Assembly: GCF_006345805.1 (NCBI RefSeq) | Contig: NC_042998.1 | Location: 74,090,001 to 74,154,000, forward strand | DNA: 64,000 nucleotides | From: Octopus sinensis | Taxonomy: Eukaryota | Reading direction: 5' to 3' | Part shown: positions 1 to 12,613 of the stretch, one piece after another | How the letters are laid out: each line of letters begins with the position of its first letter | Numbering within the stretch: the first letter of the stretch is position 1 | Notes under the pieces: generated by a model | What the model was told of the DNA's origin: nothing | Seen by the model: only the letters and a program-made list of their open reading frames with translations | Databases searched by the model: none | Position numbers and translations under genes: made by a program

Positions 1-155
1 CACCGGTAAAATTTCCACTTATTTCTTATTTTTATTTTCCTAAAATTTTCGATGCGTCTTGCAATCTTTTCAATAGTCTTGACTGAAAAGGTTGCAAGAC
101 ACAACGAAAATTTTAGGAAAATAAAAATAAGAAATAAGTGGAAATTTTACCGGTG
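1..155. repeat. Long imperfect inverted repeat (fold-back), possibly extending beyond the window start
   Basis: caccggtaaaatttccacttatttcttatttttattttcctaaaattttcg at 1-51 is the reverse complement of 105-155; imperfect pairing continues to a short central loop. Confidence 0.9.
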
Positions 156-275
156 AGTGTGTTAAATTATAAGGCCCAAAAAGAAAATTACTCTCCCCAG
201 ACACAACAGAATATGCTTCAACACACGAACTCATACAAAGAACCTTGCAAACCAAATCCAAAAACGAAATATATT

Positions 276-333
<58 letters not shown>

Positions 334-978
334 CATTCACAAGGCATTGGACGACCCGTTGTTGTGGTACACTTATCTAAGATGCGAGCAACAGAACTGA
401 ATCCGAAACTACGTGGTTTGCAAAGCGCACTTCTTAGCTACCCAACCATACCCACAACTATGGTTAATCGAACTTACAAGGTTGCCAGACACAATTTACC
501 ACAGCAGGATTTGAACTCCCGTCATATAAAGGACATCATGAAATACCGTTAGACATTATGTACTCCACACAACCATATACGTCGATGCACTGTCCTGGTG
601 TTATACACTAAGCTACGTTCACCCATCAACTTCTCTCACAACAGTCCAATCCTCATCACTTGTTCGATAATATTAACAATTAGTTTATAATTTAAATGTC
701 TATATGCTCTAACTTTCTTTCCATACACTATTGGAGTTTATTATTCATGTCATGACAGCTTGTTTAACATAACTATTTATTAAATCTGTCTCCCATCCAT
801 TTTCCACAATTCACTTCAACAATTTTCTCTATCCATTCGACGTGGACATGACATTTTTCTTTGCATTTAACCATTGTACCATTGTAATATTTTTACTAAG
901 CGATATTTTATTGTGAAATATGTAATTTTTTTTTCCTTTGTGAGGTATTGATATATTGTATATTATATAGAAATATAC

Positions 979-1010
<32 letters not shown>

Positions 1011-1809
1011 ATATGAATATCAGTTTAATACAAATGTTTGTTACAACGTACATATAAGATATATTGAATACAGGAATATTAGCATTTATAACTACGACAT
1101 TAGTTTGTGAATCTAGATTTCATACAAACACTATATCTACATGTCCATAATATATCAGCATCATTATCATCACCATCACTAGCATCACCACACCACAAGT
1201 AGTATGTAACTACGGTTTTTCCATTTTCTTGCATGGATTAGACGAGTCTTCAGTACAACGGTTCGCTACCTATTATGATCTTTTATTATCTCCTAAGCGA
1301 GAATAATCCTCCTGAGATCAACCTTCACCACTTTCTTCACCATATTTTCCTTTCGATTCCCTCTTCCAAAATTTCCTTCCACTTAAATCACTTAGATTTC
1401 TTTCCTCCTTACATATCACGTCTATATCAGTAGAGTCTTCTCTCTTGCAAGCAACATCTGATTTCTCTTATACCCAGTTTTTTTTTAGGGTTTTTTATCG
1501 CTGCTTATATGTGTTCCGTCGTTCATTCACACAAACATTCTTGACAGCTGTCCTTCCTTTCCGACGATGATCTCAGTTCTATCATCTAGGACTGAGTAGA
1601 TACGTGCGCGTGCCAACCAGTTAAATATATGTATTGGAGCAATCTCAAGATTAATCAGCCGAAATTGCGAGGATGATCCGGTTCTTGACTGAGGATAGAA
1701 AGCTTCGAATGACCCGTCCTTGTTTTTTTGTATCGTCTATCTGGATGTTTTGTTGTCCCTTTTTGTATCACCTAGTTGTCCGGATGTTTTGCGTTCTTGT
1801 CCCATTTTG

Positions 1810-1847
<38 letters not shown>

Positions 1848-2649
1848 TGATTGTAGCGGTTGATGATTGTTGAACCAGTTTTCATCTGTTCGTGTCTTAT
1901 TTTCGTTCTATTTATATGATTTTTACATCATTGTCTACTGTCAATTCTTCAAGCAATGCTTTTATTATTTTCGTCCCGTTGAGTCTCATGACCGGGATAT
2001 CTTGTTCTGTTTCACCATGTACCTGAGCAGATTTCTGTATCTCTTCTTTTAAGCACCCTGTCGTCGGATTCCCGTTTCAGTTCAAAATAATGGTGTCAAG
2101 TGTCGGTTATGCCTACAACGTATTGCATCCTTCTCTACTGTACTTTGGTTAACATGTTTTTAATGCTGGCACTACCAATCGCTTGCAGTAGAACAACCTC
2201 GTTAGTCACTGTCCTGCCAATTATGCCTTAGTATATACCACATCCTTCTTTGGTTGAAGGTTTCAAGTTGCGTTCAGTCTGTTTATCGTTGACGGAGTGA
2301 TCAACGGACTGTTGTCGAAGACATGCTTTCGTACAGAAACTCCAAGTCGTGTTTGCTTTGCGTAATCTATTAAGTATTTGACTATTAATGCGTTGTTTGA
2401 GATGTAACTTCCTATTTGTGGTGTCATAAGTTACACATGCAGCGTTACGTGCTCGACTCATCTTCCGCATCAAATGCTCATGCTTCACAATCATGCAGCG
2501 TTGCACTTTGAGCATATGCATCGTACCCACAACCGCTTACTCAGGACTGCGGAGGTATAGCGTCTTGAGCTTTTCCCAGTGTGCTCTTTATTCTCACTGT
2601 TATGCTTTCGGAACATAGTTCTCCATTGCTAATTAGGTCGCTTAAGAAG

Positions 2650-2881
2650 AAGGCGGCGAGCTGGCAGAAACGTTAGCACGCCGGGCGAAATGCGTAGCCG
2701 TATTTCGTCTGCCGTTACGTTCTGAGTTCAAATTCCGCCGAGGTCGACTTTGCCTTTCATCCTTTCGGGGTCGATTAAATAAGTACCAGTTACGCACTGA
2801 GGGTCGATATAATCGACTTAATCCCTTTGTCTGTCCTTGTTTGTCCTCTCTGTGTTTAGCTCCTTGTGGGTAGTAAAGAAA
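2650..2881 (+). mobile_element. SINE family A (tRNA-like head, Nin/Deu-like core), full length with TSD
   Basis: Head ggcggcgagctggcagaaacg, B-box-like gagttcaaattcc, core gcctttcatcctttcggggtcgat; TSD taggtc(g/a)cttaagaag at 2634-2649 and 2882-2897. Confidence 0.9.
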
Positions 2882-4432
2882 TAGGTCACTTAAGAAGTGT
2901 ACGCTATTAATTACGTGTTTTGTTTTCTAGAGCTTTTTCTTTGAACTTGTAGTAGTCAATGATGAAGATGATGATGATGATCTATTAATTGAGAAAGCCC
3001 CCTCTTTCTGTACTACCTTATTAACTATGCGAGTGACTAATGCACGTTCTACTTCGCTGCTTTTGGTCTGGCTGTTTCGCTTGCTTTATCTTTATCTGTG
3101 CCTTTTACCATTTAACTGCCAATTTGAATAGTCGATCTTTCTGTAGAAACAACTTGGGTAGTCTCTCTCCCTCGCTCTCTCACTTTTTCCTGTAACATTA
3201 CCTTCATTATCCTCTGATAGCATTATTTCTTTATTTCCTTCTTCTTTGTGTATGGGCGATTACGCCGATAGTATGATATATACACTTTTAACCGACAACT
3301 TCCTGAATCACACTGAAACACTACTTGGCAATCAGAACACTACACGCTTCTGACTCTCTCCATGCTACATATGCTTGACATCAAGCTTCTCTTCTAGATA
3401 ACAGATATTTTTGTATGTTCTGACATTTCTTCTGTTCTTTCCGGGCTGTTTATAAGCTTCTATAAAACTATTAAGTATAATGTTACTTCTATTATACTAT
3501 TTTCTGTGTCATTCTACTATCATGTTGCCCCGTACTTTGCTGGAACTTTGCCACAACCATAGATTGGATCTGTGGTTCAAAGAGGGTTGTTTCTCACTTG
3601 TCTCCTATGTTTCAGATAGCTATTACTTTGCTTAGACATAGATGTCATCTAGTGGTTTTTTTTTTTGGTTTGTTTTTCCGAACCGACGTCTCGTCAATGG
3701 GGATCTTTCTCTTCCTGGGTTTTCTCTTCCTGGATTTTCTTTTGTTATAGGGAACGTCTAGCTCTTAATCTCATGTCACTAGTCACAAGCCTATGTTGTG
3801 TGTACATTCTTCACTGGGGAGAGAGTCAATAGTCACATCCCTCTATCCAGCCGTTTCTTGGTGAATATGAAGCCTGTCTCAAATGGCGAATTGGTAGAGT
3901 CGTTAAAGATAGAATGTCTCGCAGTATTATTCCGACTGTGTTCTGAGTTCAAATCTCGCTAAGGTGAATTTAGCTTTTTATATTTTCTGAATCAATAACA
4001 ATAATACAAATCCAGAACGATGGATTGACAGAAATGTTAGAACATCGAAAGGGATGCCTTCATGATATCTATTCCGATTTTTTGCGCTCTGACAGCAACC
4101 CTGCAATGACACTAGTACCAGACGACATTGACCAAGCCGATGGTCTTTTACTGCGATAGATATTGGTGGTGTGGAGAGGGAAAAACTCCCATGAATGCGC
4201 AACAGCTAGATTGTTCTGATATGTTGCCCAGACGTGCGCACGCATGATCAAACTTAACTGACAGAGGCCCCTATGCAGGAAATCTGTCTTGTTGGCGTCA
4301 GATTTCTTGGAGATAGTGATCGGTCATTTGCATCACAGACCTTCAAGGGCTTTGATCCCTATTCATTCCATCCACCACATCCAGTAGCGTACATGCGCAT
4401 CAGAGTAGCTTTCATGATATTGCCATACGTGT

Positions 4433-4666
4433 GAAGGCGGTGAACTGGCAGAAACGTTAGCACGCTGGGCGAAATGCTTAGCGGTATTTCGTCTGCCGTT
4501 ACGTTGGGAGTTCAAATTCCGCCGAGGTCGACTTTGCCTTTCATCCTTTCGGGGTCGATAAATTAAGTACCAGTTACGCACTGGGGTCGATGTGATCGAC
4601 TTAATACCTATGTCTGTCCTTGTTTGTCCCCTCTATGTTTAGCCCCTTGTGGGTGATAAAGAAATA
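4433..4666 (+). mobile_element. SINE family A, full length
   Basis: Same consensus; perfect 17-bp TSD gatattgccatacgtgt at 4416-4432 and 4667-4683. Confidence 0.92.
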
Positions 4667-5080
4667 GATATTGCCATACGTGTCCATTAAAGTTACTAGA
4701 GGTCGCTATCATTCGTTATAGAGGTGATCACATAATCGTGAATGTAGTGCGTATGTAAAAATAGCTGTACCCACGACTAGACAAAGTTTAATTTATCTGT
4801 CTCAATTTCTGACTGCTTCAATTAATTTCAATTAATTATCGAGCCATTTTCCACCAACAGAATGCCTACCCCCACCAACCCCGTTGCTGCTGCTCATCCA
4901 AAAGAATTTATATCTTCGTTTCTTTTCCGGGAGGAGTCTGGTTGAGACTTTCTTTCATCTTACATTTCAGATATCACACATTTACAATTTTCTGCCGAAG
5001 CAACTCGACAATCTTGTCAGACGTATTTTTCTTTGTTCAAACGTTTATGATGGCAGCTTTGAAACTTTAATAATAGTCGT

Positions 5081-5523
5081 TTCTACTAAAAGCACAAGAC
5101 CTGAAATGTGCGTGGGGAGTGGGTGGAGGTGACTAGACGATAACATCGACTCCAGTGTTTCACTGGTATTTAATTCATCGAACCCGAAAGGATGAAAGGC
5201 AATGTCGTTCTCGGCGGAATTTGAACTCAGAACGTAGCGACGGGTGAAATACCGCTAAGCATTGCGTCCAGCTTGCTAACGATTCTGCCAGTACGTCGAC
5301 TTTTTAAGACAAGTAATAGTAATAATAATAATCCTTTCTACTATAGGCACAAGGCTTGAAATTTGGGGGAAAGGAGAAAGCCGATTACATCGACCTCAGT
5401 ACTTAACTGGTAGATATTTTATCGACACCGAAAGGATAAACGATCAGGGAATTTGAACTCAGAACGTAAAGACGGGAGACATGCGACTAAGCATTTAGTC
5501 CGGCACGCTAGCGATTCTGCCAG
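5081..5523 (-). mobile_element. Two older SINE family A-related copies in tandem
   Basis: Reverse-complement core (cccgaaaggatgaaaggc..ggaatttgaactcagaacgta) occurs twice, separated by (TAA)n. Confidence 0.8.
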
Positions 5524-6092
5524 ATCATGTAGTCGAAATCATACTTACTCATTTAACTTGAAACATAGTATGCCCTCATTCACTGCAGCATTATTGAGAA
5601 ATGGAAATAATATGCCTTGTTCATGATTCACTGGAGCTGAACATGGCCGATTAGCCACCTAAATGAATTTTCAGTTGAAGCCGCTCAGACAAGAGAGAGT
5701 ATGTGATGGTGAAGGTAGATACGAAAATATAGGATGCGGATATAGAGAAAACACCATTCATGTGATCAGCGATGTTTGTAATATTCATATATAATTTTAG
5801 GTGATATAAGTGTAAATTCATATCATACAAAAATTAATAAATATAAAGTACATGTATGAATATTGTTTGACTATGATAGATTTTTCTGTCCGTTTTTCTT
5901 TTTTTTTTCACCGAATTGTTATGGAAGTTGTATTGTTGCATATGCATTCGGTACATTAAATCTAAAAAGAGAAATTTTAGCACACTTGACATATCTGTTG
6001 GCATCTTCACACCTATTCAGCTGCGGATAATGACTTCAGATGCATATTTAACGTAAGAGGTTTCAGAACTAATCCGCATATCTGTGAGTTGA

Positions 6093-6111
6093 ATGTGTGT
6101 GTGTGTGTGTG

Positions 6112-6192
<81 letters not shown>

Positions 6193-6220
6193 TGTGTGCG
6201 TGTGTGTGTGTGTGTGTGTG
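6093..6220. repeat. (TG)n/(CG)n microsatellite
   Basis: Direct inspection. Confidence 0.95.
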
Positions 6221-6783
6221 TTAAATGTCTATTTATTATACGTGTGTGTCTATCAGTATTAAATGTGTTTGTATTATTTGTGTGTGTTAAATATTTGTGC
6301 ATTGTGGACCGAAAGAACGTGTGCATAAATGTGCGTGTGCGTGCGAGCGCACACACACACACACACACACATACTGGCATAAACATATCCAGGAATACAA
6401 ACATAAAGTAAGATATATAAACATAATATCGATGATAATTTTACTGAGCCATAAAACACACACGCACACACATAGATGTAAATACAAAAACACACACATT
6501 TACATAGATGCATACACGCATATACACACACTTTCATTCCTACACTATATAAACACACGCGCACACACTAACACGCACTCACACAGATGGATGTCGGTCG
6601 GTTTCAACGCTGATGGTTCACTTGTTGGATGAGCCGAGTTTCCAGCTCAATGAATTAAAATGTAAGCAGTTACATATTGCAGATGACTATACACGTACCG
6701 TTACTCACGAAGTTTGATAAAGTAACAAAGTTGCCCGCTTGAAGTAAACGTGCAATCCACCCTACGAGTTTATTGTTATCCGA

Positions 6784-7017
6784 AAAGGCGGCGAACTGGC
6801 AGAAACGTTAACACGCCGGGCGAAATGCGTAGCCGTATTTCATCTGCCGTTACGTTCTGAGTTCAAATTCCGCCGAGATCGACTTTGCCTTTCATCCTTT
6901 CGGGGTCGATAAATTAAGTACCAGTTACGCACTGGGGTCGATGTAATCGACTTAATCCGTTTGTGTGTCCTTGTTTGTCCCCTCTATGTTTAGCCCCTTG
7001 TGGGTAATAAAGAAACA
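6784..7017 (+). mobile_element. SINE family A, full length
   Basis: Consensus match; TSD tttattgttatccga at 6769-6783 and 7018-7032. Confidence 0.92.
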
Positions 7018-7064
7018 TTTATTGTTATCCGATCCACTGCGGTTCTTTTCTGTTTTGCTTTCAC

Positions 7065-7380
7065 TTTTATTTCCTTCAGTTTTGTTTCAGTTGATTTCAA
7101 ATTTGACGTACTGATGTAGTTTTGTTTGTTAATTATTTCTATGAAATTCATTTTCGCTATAAATCAATAAATAAACAGTTGATAGCTTTTAAAATTTATA
7201 CATTTTGGGTAATTTTAGCCAATCGAAAGCCACATACATAGAGGTCCTTGTTTCCATAGTAACAACCCATTCGTGTGGAACTCTCCTGTGTAACTTGATT
7301 TTCGTGTTGCATTCGTGTTTTTTTTTTTGTTTGTTTTTTTTATCATTTATCGTTTTCGCTTAAAAATATGTGTTGTTTAC
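7065..7380 (+). mobile_element. Unclassified dispersed repeat (second copy at about 42228-42770)
   Basis: Shared blocks ttcagttttgt..gttgatttcaaattt, taaatcaataaataaacagttgatagcttttaaaattt and ttagccaatcgaaagccaca. Confidence 0.75.
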
Positions 7381-7796
7381 AGTTGTAATGACTTGGATCA
7401 TAGATCCGCTTGATTGGAACTGACCTGAGTTTTAAAATCCTATCATTCACAACATTCAAAGTTTAGATCTTGAATGTTGCGGTTTATCCAGTTTCCGTAA
7501 CACGGTATGTTTCAACACGAGGCTATACAAAATAACATTTGCTCAAGATGTCAGTCGGATCGAACCCATATCTTAACCATTCAGCCATAACACATACGCA
7601 TAAACACAAATACTCATACATACACCCACTTACACACACATATCAGAATAAATAAACATGAATATTTAAACATGTCAAAGTGAGAACCCAATTTAAAGAA
7701 CAGGCATACCTTAACACACGTCGGTAATTTGTTCCAAGAGAGGCGACTTAACTCGGTAAACGATGTAACATAAAAAAGCATTTTAAAAGCTGTATT

Positions 7797-8165
7797 CTTT
7801 TCTACTCTATGCACAAGGCCTGAAAATTTTGGTGGAGAGGAGGGGCCAGTCGATTACATCGACTGAAGTACGCAACTGGTACTTAATTTATCGACCCCAA
7901 AAGGATGAAAAGCAAAGTCGACCTCGGCGGAATCTGAACTCAGAACGTAAAAACAGACGAAATACCTATTTCTTTACTACCCACAAGGGGCTAAACACAT
8001 ATAGGACAAACAAGGACAGACAAACGGATTAAGTCGATTACATCGACCCCAGTGCGCAACTGGTACTTAATTTATCGACCCCGAAAGGATGAAAGGCAAA
8101 GTCGAACTCGGCGGAATCTGAACTCAGAACGTAACGGCAGACGAAATACGGCTACGCATTTCGCC
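7797..8165 (-). mobile_element. Two adjacent SINE family A copies (second 5'-truncated)
   Basis: Reverse complement of the family A core occurs twice. Confidence 0.85.
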
Positions 8166-8169
8166 CTCT

Positions 8170-9076
8170 GGGTGGGGTGGGCGTTTTTTTTTAATTGTCT
8201 GTATTGCAAGGTTTTCGGATTTTGTAGGGAATGTGAATGGAGACTGGGACAATAGTATTTTGGCCGAGTGTCATACAATAGGGAACTCCTCCTCGACTAC
8301 TTTCATTGTGTCATCTGAGGGAATTTTGTTATCTGGTGCCATCGACGTCGAGGGTGTGGGTATCTTTGTTGTTGTCGGGATTGGTGTATGCGTGGATTGG
8401 GGCTTTTGGAACATTTGCTTGGCGACTTCTGTGGGCACCGCAGTTGGCGGGGTTCTTTGCTAATGTAGGGGCTAGTGTGTGTGCGTGGGGGTTTGGGGCA
8501 GTTTTATGGGTTTGTGAAGGGCCTGGCGTGGATATAATTACAGATGTTTGGGCCTTTGAATGTTCTTCCTCTTGCATCGTGGTTTGTCCTTCCTTTTTCT
8601 TGGAGTCACAATCGGCCCTTATGTGCCCTCTTTCGACTACATTTGAAGCACCTCGGCTTCTTTCGCTCCACTTGAATTTTCAGAACCAACCCACGAGCAC
8701 TCATTCGGGAATTTTTTCAAGATCTTCCGGAGCCGCTTGGTTGATGGCCGTGATGCTCTGTCCGAGCCAATTGGGGGAGGGGAAGAGCGTGTCAATTGCG
8801 GGTGTTAATTTTGTCCTCTCTGTTAAACAACAGGGCAGCCATCACCCACACGGCTTCAAATTCCGTCGGTACTTCTTCCACCTTAATACGGGAGTGCGCC
8901 CCCGTCCCATATAGGTTAGCAGAAATACCACTTCTGACAGAGTGCTGACAGAGTGCTCGTGGGCCTTCTCTGCTGTCCTAAACCCGGCTTCTACTGTGCC
9001 AAATTTTCTCCCTCTTGAGATATACATGATGTCCTTCCAAATTGGGGTAAGACATTTTTCAATTTATCCGGGTCCA

Positions 9077-9078
<2 letters not shown>
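8170..9078 (-). pseudogene. Decayed retrotransposon ORF1/gag-like protein with CCHC zinc knuckle
   Basis: Minus strand 8650-8608 reads C-F-K-C-S-R-K-(1 extra nt)-G-H-I-R-A-D-C = CX2CX4HX4C; GC-richer than flanks; frameshifts and stops. Confidence 0.6.
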
Positions 9079-9114
<36 letters not shown>

Positions 9115-9742
9115 CAACAAGGTTTAATGTCATAATGTATGGGAGAAAAGATTGAGGAACAATATTTGCTTGATTATTAGTAAAGCTAATTATTAAATCT
9201 CAATTATTATATTGTTACAATGTTGAAGATGATGAGAATACAAGACGCTACATTATATAAGATATATACAACTTCATTGAGTTGTTTGTGTATATACAGT
9301 TTGTTTGTAAATCTCTAGTCCATTCTGTTTGATAGTAGTTTCATTTCCATGACCGCTAGCGAGAAAGGCAGAATAAAAGGAATGTATAGAGATAGAAACA
9401 ATGAGAGGTCTGCTGACGTGAGATGTTCTTTGACCATGAGACCGACCGATCCAAAAAGTAAGGGAAAGCTTGCTCCTCGGCCAGACGCCAAGAATAACTG
9501 ATATTTGCTTGTGTATTTATAGCTTCTCTAATTAAATCAGGTTAACTGAGAACAATAGGATACGTCATGGTTTGACCCGAATGCCTCAAAAAAAGGTCTG
9601 AGAAGTCATCAATCTCTCAATGCAACAGGTGAAAACAATAGGTTGAGAACATGTCTGACAATGTGGAAAAATGTGGATTCGTGTTTGAATCTTAGCTGAG
9701 GTACTCAGTAGCAGTCCGTTATATATATATATATATATATAT

Positions 9743-10147
9743 AGCAATAATAATTCTCTAAATGAGATATAGACAGTGACTGCTCCATAATATAAGGGAC
9801 ATTAGCCAACTGAATATGGCTAGGGACAGGGCAGGTGGTGGGTGGGGGGTGTCACTGTTGCATTTAGCCCCAGGCGAACATCAACGTCACCAGATAGGCC
9901 GACGCCATCACGGCGTCCTCTATCTTGCAAAGGGAGATCATTCCCCAAGAAGCGGATGCCACACACGGACCTAGGTTTCAAGGTGTATTGCCTATTATCA
10001 ACGTGTGGTAGGCACCGCTTCTCGACGAACGACACACTGTGCAAGATATATATAAAGATTTTCAAGTAAATACATTTACTGATTTCGAAAATCTGTTCGA
10101 CAGCAATAATAATTCTCTAAATGAGATATAGACAGTGACTGCTCCAT

Positions 10148-10151
<4 letters not shown>
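9743..10151 (-). mobile_element. Retrozyme-like non-coding unit (359-bp period plus 50-bp terminal redundancy) inserted in (TA)n
   Basis: agcaataataattctctaaatgagatatagacagtgactgctccataata at 9743-9792 and 10102-10151; internal hammerhead; several GC hairpins; no credible ORF. Confidence 0.7.
9948..10022 (-). ncRNA. Type I hammerhead ribozyme, U3:A8 core variant
   Basis: Minus strand AGAAGCGG-UGCC-UAC-CACACG [UUGAUAA] U-AGG-CAAUACA-CCU-U [GAAA] CCUAGG [UC] CGUGUG-U-GGCA-U-CCGCUUCU; GUC cleavage triplet. Confidence 0.75.
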
Positions 10152-10200
<49 letters not shown>

Positions 10201-10375
10201 GCGTACAGACAAGTTTGATATTTTTACTATATATTATATATATATAATATATGTTGATATATGTGGTCGTATATATATATATGTATGCAAGTATATGCAT
10301 GTGTATGCATATATGTGTGGTTCTATATGTGGATATGCATGTGTATATGTGTGTGTATATGTGTGCGTACATATA

Positions 10376-11366
10376 ACTTAGAATAACTTAGAAAGGTTTT
10401 GGCCAGTATTGGCCCAGGCCATGTCTAACTTAATAGCACCACCTGGCGAAGTCTTTCAATTCAGGATTTGGGCACCAAGGTCCATTCGAGCAGAGAGTTA
10501 TTGTTTGCGGAGACATATCCGGGTGTGGGTGGTTTGTCCGGGACTGTTTGAAGGAATTTGTCCAAAGACTTCTTGAATTTTGTGTGGTCAGTTTCTTTTT
10601 TGATGTGTCCTGGTGTAATGTTGAAGAGAGCGGGTCCAATTGAGGTGAAATAGTTGTGCCGTATTGTCGTTATGTGATGCGATTTAGATTTTTGTTGTGG
10701 ACGGATGGCACGTGGTCCAAGCCTTGGATGTATTTTGAAGGTGATGCCAACATCATTCGGACAGTGCTGATGGAATATTTTCCACATCATACAGATAATG
10801 TAGCGTTCACGGCGTCGTTGGAGTGAATACAGTTTCAGCTTCTCTAGTCTACCCCAGTAGTCAAGGTCTGACATGCCATCTATCTTTTTTGTGATTGACC
10901 TTTGGGGAGCTTCAATTCTCATAATATTTTGTTTTGTTTAGGGAGACCACAGTGGACAGCAGTATTCAAGGTGGAGTCGGGCAAAAGTGGAGAAGAGAAG
11001 GATAATAGTGCGGGAATCTCTCGACTGCAAGGTTCTGAGAATCCAGGAACACATTCTGCGGGCCATGTCAACTTTGCTGCTTATATGTGTAGCCCAGCTT
11101 ATGTTGTTGTCCACCGTTACTCCCAAGTCTCTGATGTTGTTAGACGCCATGAGAATTTCTCCAGAAGGAAGGGAGTATGGGAGTTTCAGAGCGTCCTCCC
11201 TTCAAAAGTGGATCAGTTCGAATTTGTCTTCGTTTAGCAGCATGTTATTCTTTTCCGCCCATTGGACAACAGCCAGTAGGTCTGACTGAAGGCTTATTCG
11301 GTCATCCACGCCATTGATGACCTTCTGGAGCTTGGAATCATCAGCGAAGGTTCTGATGTTACTGTT
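10376..11366 (-). mobile_element. 5'-truncated CR1-clade LINE: reverse transcriptase C-terminal half plus 3' UTR
   Basis: RTFADDSKL, IRDLGVTVD, LEYCCPLWSP, YWGRLEKLKLYSLQRRRERY across broken ORFs; short tandem tail (tctaagtta) near 10376-10393. Confidence 0.92.
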
Positions 11367-11861
11367 ATATATATGTTCATATATGTGTGTGTATGTGTGT
11401 GTACATGTATGTATGTATGTATGTATGTATGTATGTATGTATGTATATGCATGTGTATTTGTATATGTATGTGTGTGGGTGTGTGTGCGTTTATATATAT
11501 GTATGTGTATGTATGTACACATATTGATATGTGTTTAGGTGTATATATATATGTATATCAAACATTGAATGGTCAACCACCTGTTCTTTTAGAAACCCAA
11601 GGGAGTGCCAAGTGAAGAATGGACACAACATTTTCTTTATATTTTTATTTTTATATTCTTTTCCCTTTCTTTCTCATTTTCAAGAACACCCAGTACATGT
11701 ATGTATGAATGTTTATGAAAATGTACACACACAATAGGTTCCTCCATATGTGTATATGTATGTGAGTGTATGTGGATATATATATATATTAATAAATAAA
11801 ACATATGCATATATATATACATATATGTACGTACTCACCTCTACATGTATATATACACGCA

Positions 11862-12570
11862 TATATGAGTACAGGACACCAAAAAAACATCGAACACAAT
11901 GAGAAACGAAAACATAGACACGAAACCAAGGAACTGGACATTTTTCTTAAACAACAAAAAATAGAGTACAGGACAAATAACACAAGGCAAAAACCCCTTC
12001 TTCAGTCGCCATGGTTTCTTCTACTCTGCATTTCGAAGGTGAAGGCGAGACTCATCTTCGATAGAAACTTTCCTTCCTACGAAAAGCAAATCAAATAAAA
12101 TTTGAGATCTTTTTGCAGAGGGGTAAAAATGGTAACAAAAACAGGACAGTAACGACAGTACAAAATATAAGCAGTAAAAGACAGGACAAGGAAAATAACA
12201 AGACAAGAAGGGCTGTTAAGCCGAACGAAAAAAAGTATTACGAACGCTATTTCTGGGGACGGCGAAGGGAGCAGGGATATATGTGTGGGTGTACATAGCA
12301 ACACTCCTACTATTGAAAAACAAACCCTCTTTTTCCTTCTCTCTTTCCATTTCTTACAAGGGTCATCCAAAAAATACAAAAAGACCCAAAAAAAGAAAAA
12401 AAGAAAAATACTGTTTTAAAACACACAAACCCATATTCTCTCTCTCTCACCTTCTCCATCCCTCTATCTCCATATCACTCCCTCTCTCTCTCTTTTACCT
12501 TCTCCCTCCCTCTATTCTCCATTATATACACACACACACACTCTCTCTCTCTCTCTCTCTCTCCCCACTT
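11862..12570. mobile_element. Non-coding (TA)n-associated dispersed repeat, related to about 31500-32290 and possibly 1640-1810
   Basis: Shared pattern tatg(a/g)gtacagg...acaggacaa(a/g)taacacaa(g/a)g...cccttc(t/g)tcagt...tctactc...catttcga. Confidence 0.55.
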
Positions 12571-12613
12571 CATTTACCAATAATATAAATACAGGCAAAA
12601 CTTTTAAAACTGA

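Noticed and set aside
2230-3600. Possible ancient CR1 remnants (HWEKLKTLYL-like stretch) and the 100-aa ORF 2228-2530
   Set aside because: Only isolated short similarities; needs a translated profile search
6069-6632. ORFs rich in CV/HT/YI/MYVC here and throughout the window
   Set aside because: Translations of (TG)n, (TA)n, (TATG)n, (TAA)n and (TGA)n microsatellites
11995-12050. Type II hammerhead reading (GAAA..CUGAAGA) here and at about 31790-31830 and 1660-1700
   Set aside because: Stems I and III and the NUH triplet cannot be formed convincingly
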